From: Octopus sinensis
Taxonomy: Eukaryota
Direction of reading: 5' to 3'
DNA: 16,432 nt
Assembly (NCBI RefSeq): GCF_006345805.1
Contig: NW_021825014.1
Coordinates: forward strand, 1-16,432
Shown: piece after piece, positions 11,068-16,432 of the stretch
How the letters are laid out: each line of letters starts with the position of its first letter
How positions within the stretch are numbered: position 1 is the stretch's first letter
Notes under the pieces: model-generated
What the model saw: the letters and a program-made list of their open reading frames with translations, nothing else
Told to the model about the DNA's origin: nothing
The model's database searches: none
Program-made: the position numbers and the translations under genes

Positions 11068-11480
11068 TTCTCTTCTCTTTATATAGACGTGTAAATAAAC
11101 GTTTGTGCGTGTGTGTACGTATGCACTTATATGATAGGTGCGTCGAATTCCTTCCTCATTTTTCACAATTTTAGACTCCCTCACATCTTAGCCTCTCCTC
11201 TCTCTTCACTTCTCCTCATTTCTCCTTCTCTCTTCCCTCTCTCTTTATTATATTCCTATCTATCTATCTATCTATCTTTTTCTCTTTCTCTCTTTATATA
11301 GACGTGTAAATGTTGTGCGTGTGTGTACGTATGCACTTTTATAATAGGTGTGTCGAATTATTTCCTCATTTTTCACATTTTTATCCTCCTACGACCCTCA
11401 TCTTTCATCTCTTCTCTCTCTGTCTCTCTCCCTTTCTCTCTCTCTCTATCTATCTCACTCTTTCTCTCTCTTTATATTTA
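9432..11480. repeat. Tandem array of ~210-bp pyrimidine-rich units (9 full units plus a partial tenth)
   Basis: Units start (ATAGGTG) at 9432, 9645, 9855, 10065, 10279, 10493, 10701, 10912, 11134 and 11344, giving periods of 208-222 bp. GAATTC is present in units 2-6, 8 and 9. Confidence 0.97.
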
Positions 11481-11620
11481 TATATTTGTGTGCTTGTGTG
11501 TGTGTGTGTATGTTTGTACGTTTTTTGCGCGCGCTTATATTTATGTTTGCGACGTGCATGCATATGTGTGTGTGTATGCGTGTGCATGCGTGCGTACGCA
11601 TGTGGTTTGCGTCTCTTATG
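11480..11620. repeat. Degenerate alternating purine-pyrimidine (TG/CG/CA) tract
   Basis: Read directly. Confidence 0.75.
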
Positions 11621-11979
11621 TGTACTGCTTGACGCAAAATTGCAACTGGCGCATTTAGAGTTCCATCTACACTATCATCGAACAAACTGCTTTAACTAAA
11701 GCGGTGTGGTTACTACATTACTTACTAGTATTACTGGTTATGATATACGAAACAACTGTTGGGAAAGGTATGATAAACATAAGGTACCGATTCATTTCAA
11801 GCGCTCACTACGTACGTTTCCCCATTGTGGCTACTAGCATACATGGCAGTGAGTGTTCCAAGTGTAAATTGCACGAAAGTGCACTTTGAACACGCTGTGC
11901 AGAAGATGTGAATAGCCACATGGTGGAACGTACCTAGGGAACAAATGATATAAAGCATACCTAGTGCTTATCATACATT

Positions 11980-12125
11980 CTCTCTCTCTTTCTCTCTCAC
12001 ACATTCATAAATGTATGTATACATATGTATATATATGTGTGTGTGTGTGTGTACGCATTTATGTATACATATATATGTATGTATGTGTGTATGCATGCAT
12101 ACATGTATGTATGTATGTATGTACA
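11980..12125. repeat. Compound (CT)/(TG)/(TATG) microsatellite
   Basis: Read directly. Confidence 0.9.
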
Positions 12126-12237
12126 TAGAAAAATAAGGATAAACAGGTTCTATTAAAGTTTCTGCGCGCGTTTCAGCATGATTGACATTTTGGAACTATG
12201 TGACTCACAACAGATCCTCAGGGAACACTTCGCTCTT

Positions 12238-12464
12238 TATTCTCTCTTTTATTCTTTTACTTGTTTCAGTCATTTGACTGCGGCCATTCTGGAGCACCGC
12301 CTTTAGTCAAGCAAATCGACCCCAAGACTTATTCTTTGTAAGCCTACCACTTATTCTATCGGTCAATTTTGCCGAACCGCTAAGTTACGGGGGACGTAAA
12401 CACACCACCATCAGTTGTCAAGCGATGTTGGGGACAAACAAAGATACACAACATATACACACAC

Positions 12465-12525
<61 letters not shown>

Positions 12526-12631
12526 CATATATACGACGAGCTTCTTTCAGTTTCCGTCTACCAAATCCACTCACAGGCTTTGGTCAGCCCGAGGCTATAG
12601 TAGAAGACACTTACTTGCCCAAGGTACCACG
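12238..12631 (-). mobile_element. SINE family 1, 5'-truncated (tRNA head missing)
   Basis: Colinear with the other copies from the tail to …CCAAGGTACCACG, then unrelated sequence. Has a 4-bp ACTT duplication in the CORE-like part. Confidence 0.93.
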
Positions 12632-13432
12632 GATGGATGGCAATTATAAATTCCGTTAGTGATAAGCATGCCATCTCCTCCTCCTTATAATGTGTTTATT
12701 TCTGTGTATTAAGAGCTCTAAGTATAGACATTTAATAGGAATCGTTATACTATTCAGTGAAGTTCTGAGGTATTACTTTTTTCATGTTTTGTATTGAAGT
12801 CGGTGGAGCTCCACTGTGGGTGCAGAACATCAAGTTAAGTGTAAACATGTGAGGAATATTCAGCGACTCATGCGCTATTTCAGATCACTCCTATTTTAAC
12901 AAGTCATATGCAGAAATTCAACTCCAAATTTGTTTGTTCATCATAGTTTATTTAGATTTATCCTGTAGCTCTTAGGCTTCCCGAACGTGCGCCAGATCAC
13001 TCGGACGAGGAAAAATGGACAGTAGTGGGAGACATCTTAGTGTTACAAATAGATAAAAATATTTCTAGCTAAACACACAAGCTGCTATTTCTCAAAGTCA
13101 ATAGACATCAGCAGTGCGAAGGACACAGCTATCAAATTCAAACACCTCCAGACATAGTCTTAAACACACACATCCAAGATTTAGCATAAATACGCGTACA
13201 TTAAAATTAGACGTACAAAGATATACATAAAAATATAAGTAAATGTGTGTGAATATGTGTGTGTGTGCGTGTGCGTAGTTGTGTGATATGTGTGTGTGTG
13301 AGTGGTATGAGTGCGTGCTTGCACTGGTTGTTATGTGCACTGGTTTCCTGTATGAAGACGAACGAAAGATTTTAATCTATCGAGGATATATATCAGCCAT
13401 TACTATATTTCTACAATTTTTAGTTGCAGTAA

Positions 13433-13790
13433 GGCGTAGGAGTGGCTGTGTGGTAAGTAGCTTGCTTACCAAGCACATGGTTCTGGGTTCAGTTCCACTG
13501 CGTGGCACCTTGGGCAAGTGTCTTCTACTATCGCCTCGGGCCGACCAAAGCCTTGTGAGTGGATTTGGTAGACGGAAACTGAAAGAAGCCCGCCGTGTAT
13601 ATATATATATATGTTTGTGTGTGTATATGTCTGTGTGTCTGTGTTTGTTCCCCTCAACATCACTTGGCAACCGATGCTGGTGTATTTACGTCCCCGTGAC
13701 ATAGCGGGGAGTCCTGAGATCAATTTGCTCGACTAAAGGGTGCTGCTGCGTGGCCACAGTCCAATGACTGAAACAAAAGAATAATAGAAT
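13433..13790 (+). mobile_element. SINE family 1 with an internal deletion in the 3' half
   Basis: Intact head. After TAGCGG (~13706) roughly 45 nt (TTCGGCAAAAGAGACCGATAGAATAAGTACT…) are missing compared with the 14589 copy. Confidence 0.92.
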
Positions 13791-13970
13791 ATTTATATGT
13801 CTATAGATGTATACATATGTATATATATATCAATATATGTGCGCGTGTGTATGTGTATGTATGTATATGTGTTGTATGTATTTATGGCTGTATGTGTAAG
13901 TGCGTGTATGCGTATGTATGTACGTATGAGTATGAACAGTATATAAGTAGGCATGTATGTACATAGGTTT
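13790..13970. repeat. Degenerate (TA)/(TG)/(TATG) tract
   Basis: Read directly. Confidence 0.85.
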
Positions 13971-14081
13971 ATTGGCATCCCTGTAGGTGTGTAGGTAGGT
14001 ATTTAGTAGGGAAAATAGCGCAAATTTGGAAATATTAAAGTTTCTAAATATCTCATAGAGATATGTACGGTGGTGGGGCGA

Positions 14082-14343
14082 TAGAATGGTTGTATACTGT
14101 CAATTTGACGTGACAGTAGGGGATTACATCACCGCTGTTTAGCCCTAGGAAGCATCGATGCTTCCTGATGGCTTCGACACATTTTTTCTTTTTTTTGCTG
14201 GGGGTGTTTTCTCTCCCCTTCGTAAATATATAAGGACACAGGAAAAAATGTGTCGAAGCCATCAGGAAGCGTCGATGCTTCCTAGGGCTAAACAGCGGTG
14301 ATGTAATCCCCTACTGTCAAATTGACAGTATACAACCATTCTA
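14082..14343. mobile_element. Fold-back / MITE-like element with ~102-bp terminal inverted repeats
   Basis: 14082-14188 is the reverse complement of 14242-14343 except for one substitution and a 5-nt insertion in the left arm. The spacer is 53 nt. Both ends terminate in TA (possible TA target duplication). The inverted repeat is certain; the MITE identity is inferred. Confidence 0.8.
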
Positions 14344-14588
14344 ACGCAAATTTGCAAGAATAAAAGAATAAAGTTAAATAAAGAACAAAGATCAAAAGTT
14401 AACATTAATAATGCACAGTGACTTGTTTGGGGAACAAACGAATGGGAAAACTAGTAGATTTTTTTTTATTCGGGTGAAACATTTATGAAAGAGGAGTAAG
14501 AGTGAATTAAGCAAGGAAATGAACGATATCTGTTTTCTAACCCGTGTGTAGCTTTGAGTACTTGGTGTAGCATATATGTATGTCTGCT

Positions 14589-14969
14589 GGCGTATATATT
14601 CATATATAACCACATGGTTCCGGGTTCAGTCCCACTGCGTGGCACCTTGGGCAAGTGTCTTCTGCTATAGCCCCGGGTCGACCAATGCCTTGTGAGTGGA
14701 TTTGGTAGACGGAAATTGAAAGAAGCCTGTCGTATATATGTATATATATATATGTATGTATGTGTGTGTTTGTGTGTGTGTGTTTGTCTCCCTAGCATTG
14801 CTTGACAACAGATGCTGGTGTGTTTACATCCCTGTCACTTAGCGGTTCGGCAAAAGAGACCGATAGAATAAGTACTGGGCTTACAAAGAATAAGTCCCGG
14901 GGTCGATTTCCTCGACTAAAGGCGGTGCTCCAGCATGGCCGCAGTCAAATGACTAAAACAAGTAAAAGA

Positions 14970-14970
<1 letters not shown>
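14589..14970 (+). mobile_element. SINE family 1; A-box region replaced by AT filler
   Basis: GGCGTA, then TATATTCATATAT, then AACCACATGGTTCCGGGTTCAGTCCC…; the rest is colinear to the TAAAAGAG tail. Confidence 0.93.
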
Positions 14971-15007
<37 letters not shown>

Positions 15008-15019
15008 GTGTGCGTGTAC

Positions 15020-15180
15020 GCGCAGGAGTGGCCGTGTTGTAAGTAACTTTCTTACCAACCACAGCATTCCGGGTACCGGCTCTCTATATGGCACCTTGGG
15101 CAAGTGTCTTCCACTATACCCTCAGGCCAACCAAAGACTTGTGATGGGATGTGGTTGACGGAAACTGAAAGAAGCCTGTC

Positions 15181-15277
<97 letters not shown>

Positions 15278-15566
15278 ATATATATATATAATAATATATA
15301 TATATATATATAATATATATATATATATGTATGAATATAGGTGTTGCGTATGTTTGTGTGGCTGTGTTTTTCCCAACCACCACCATCGCTTGACGACCGA
15401 TGCTGGTGTGATTGCATCCCCATAACTTAGCTGTTCGGCAAAAGAGACCGATACAATAATCATTAGGCATACAAAGAATAAGTTCTGGGTTCGATTTGTT
15501 CGTCTAAAGGCGGTGCTCCTGCATCGCCGCAGTCAAATGACTGAAACAAATAAAAGATTAAAAGAG
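15020..15566 (+). mobile_element. SINE family 1, diverged, with an expanded internal (TA)n
   Basis: GCGCAGGAGTGGCCGTG head through the TAAAAGATTAAAAGAG tail; internal microsatellite ~15182-15360. Confidence 0.9.
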
Positions 15567-15589
15567 CAAAATATATACTTTTATATGAA

Positions 15590-15835
15590 TGTATTTTTTA
15601 TACATGTACTTACATACATACAAATATATATATATATATATACATATATAAATATATATATATACGCACACACACACAAAGAGAAAGAGAAAGAAATATA
15701 TTGGTCTTTCTCTCCCCATCTCCCCATTTATCTTTCTCATTTTCTCTCGCCATATCTATCTATATATATGTGTATATATATATATGTGTGTGTTTGTGTG
15801 TTTGTGTGTGTGTGTGCGTGTGTGTGTGCTCGCGC
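15590..15835. repeat. Compound (TA)/(CA)/(CT)/(TG) microsatellite
   Basis: Read directly. Confidence 0.88.
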
Positions 15836-16280
15836 GCTTGCTATCCGAACTGCAATATGGCAAACCTTTGCAATCAGTAACAATCAAGTAGAATTGACGT
15901 TAAACATATTGCAAATATATTTTGGAGATTCCTTTCTTGAATGTCTCTACTTCTCTTGAAAAGAAAAATATTGTTTGTATTATATATCTCCCGTGGAATG
16001 ACACAAATCATATCATGAGAGCATCGGAGAGTGAAATGGCATATATTGTCAATGTACAAATGATGTTATTATTGATACAAGTTGTACATTAAGGAAAAAA
16101 ATGATTCATTATTTCGCTTCAAATTTTTCAACAATTGGCAATTTTGAGCGTATAGAAAATTATGTGCGGTGTAATATCATAATTTCTCCAATATTCATAT
16201 GGGTTGCACATACATGGATTCATAGATACTTATGAAAATTAATGTTCTTTTTCTTTATAGGATGCTTCGAATGTCGTACT

Positions 16281-16283
<3 letters not shown>

Positions 16284-16372
<89 letters not shown>

Positions 16373-16432
16373 TGTGTGTGTTTACGCACACACATACATA
16401 TATGTATGTATATATATATATATATATATATA
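16284..16432. repeat. (TA)n(TG)n(CA)n(TA)n microsatellite running off the window end
   Basis: Read directly. Confidence 0.95.

Noticed and set aside
9432-11480. CRISPR-like or prokaryotic repeat system
   Set aside because: The units are contiguous near-identical copies with no unique spacers and no cas genes, and the context is eukaryotic.
9410-11699. Repeated ~65-aa ORFs (MCACVCMSFYDRCVEF…)
   Set aside because: Products of the tandem array. Unit lengths of 208-222 bp with frequent indels do not preserve frame.
11866-11887. Hairpin AAATTGCAC-GAAA-GTGCACTTT with a GNRA loop
   Set aside because: Only a 5-bp perfect stem plus a weak extension; expected by chance.
12803-12814. 12-bp palindrome GTGGAGCTCCAC
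   Set aside because: Single, short and without supporting context.

Overview
AT-rich eukaryotic non-coding DNA (intronic or intergenic), most likely from an octopus. That assignment rests on my recall of abundant octopus SINE sequences, not on a search. I found no recognisable protein-coding gene: the supplied ORFs are almost all translations of microsatellites, SINEs or a tandem array. The window holds nine full or partial copies of one tRNA-derived SINE (family 1), each carrying an internal TA/TG microsatellite where that part is retained. It also holds one copy each of two other tRNA-SINEs (families 2 and 3), a ~2 kb array of ~210-bp units with an alternating A/B sub-structure, a ~260-bp fold-back (MITE-like) element with nested palindromes, and many compound microsatellites. 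I see no convincing novel gene system. The most interesting signals are structural: the fold-back element, the dimeric array, a module shared between two SINE families, and ready-made splice cassettes in the SINEs.
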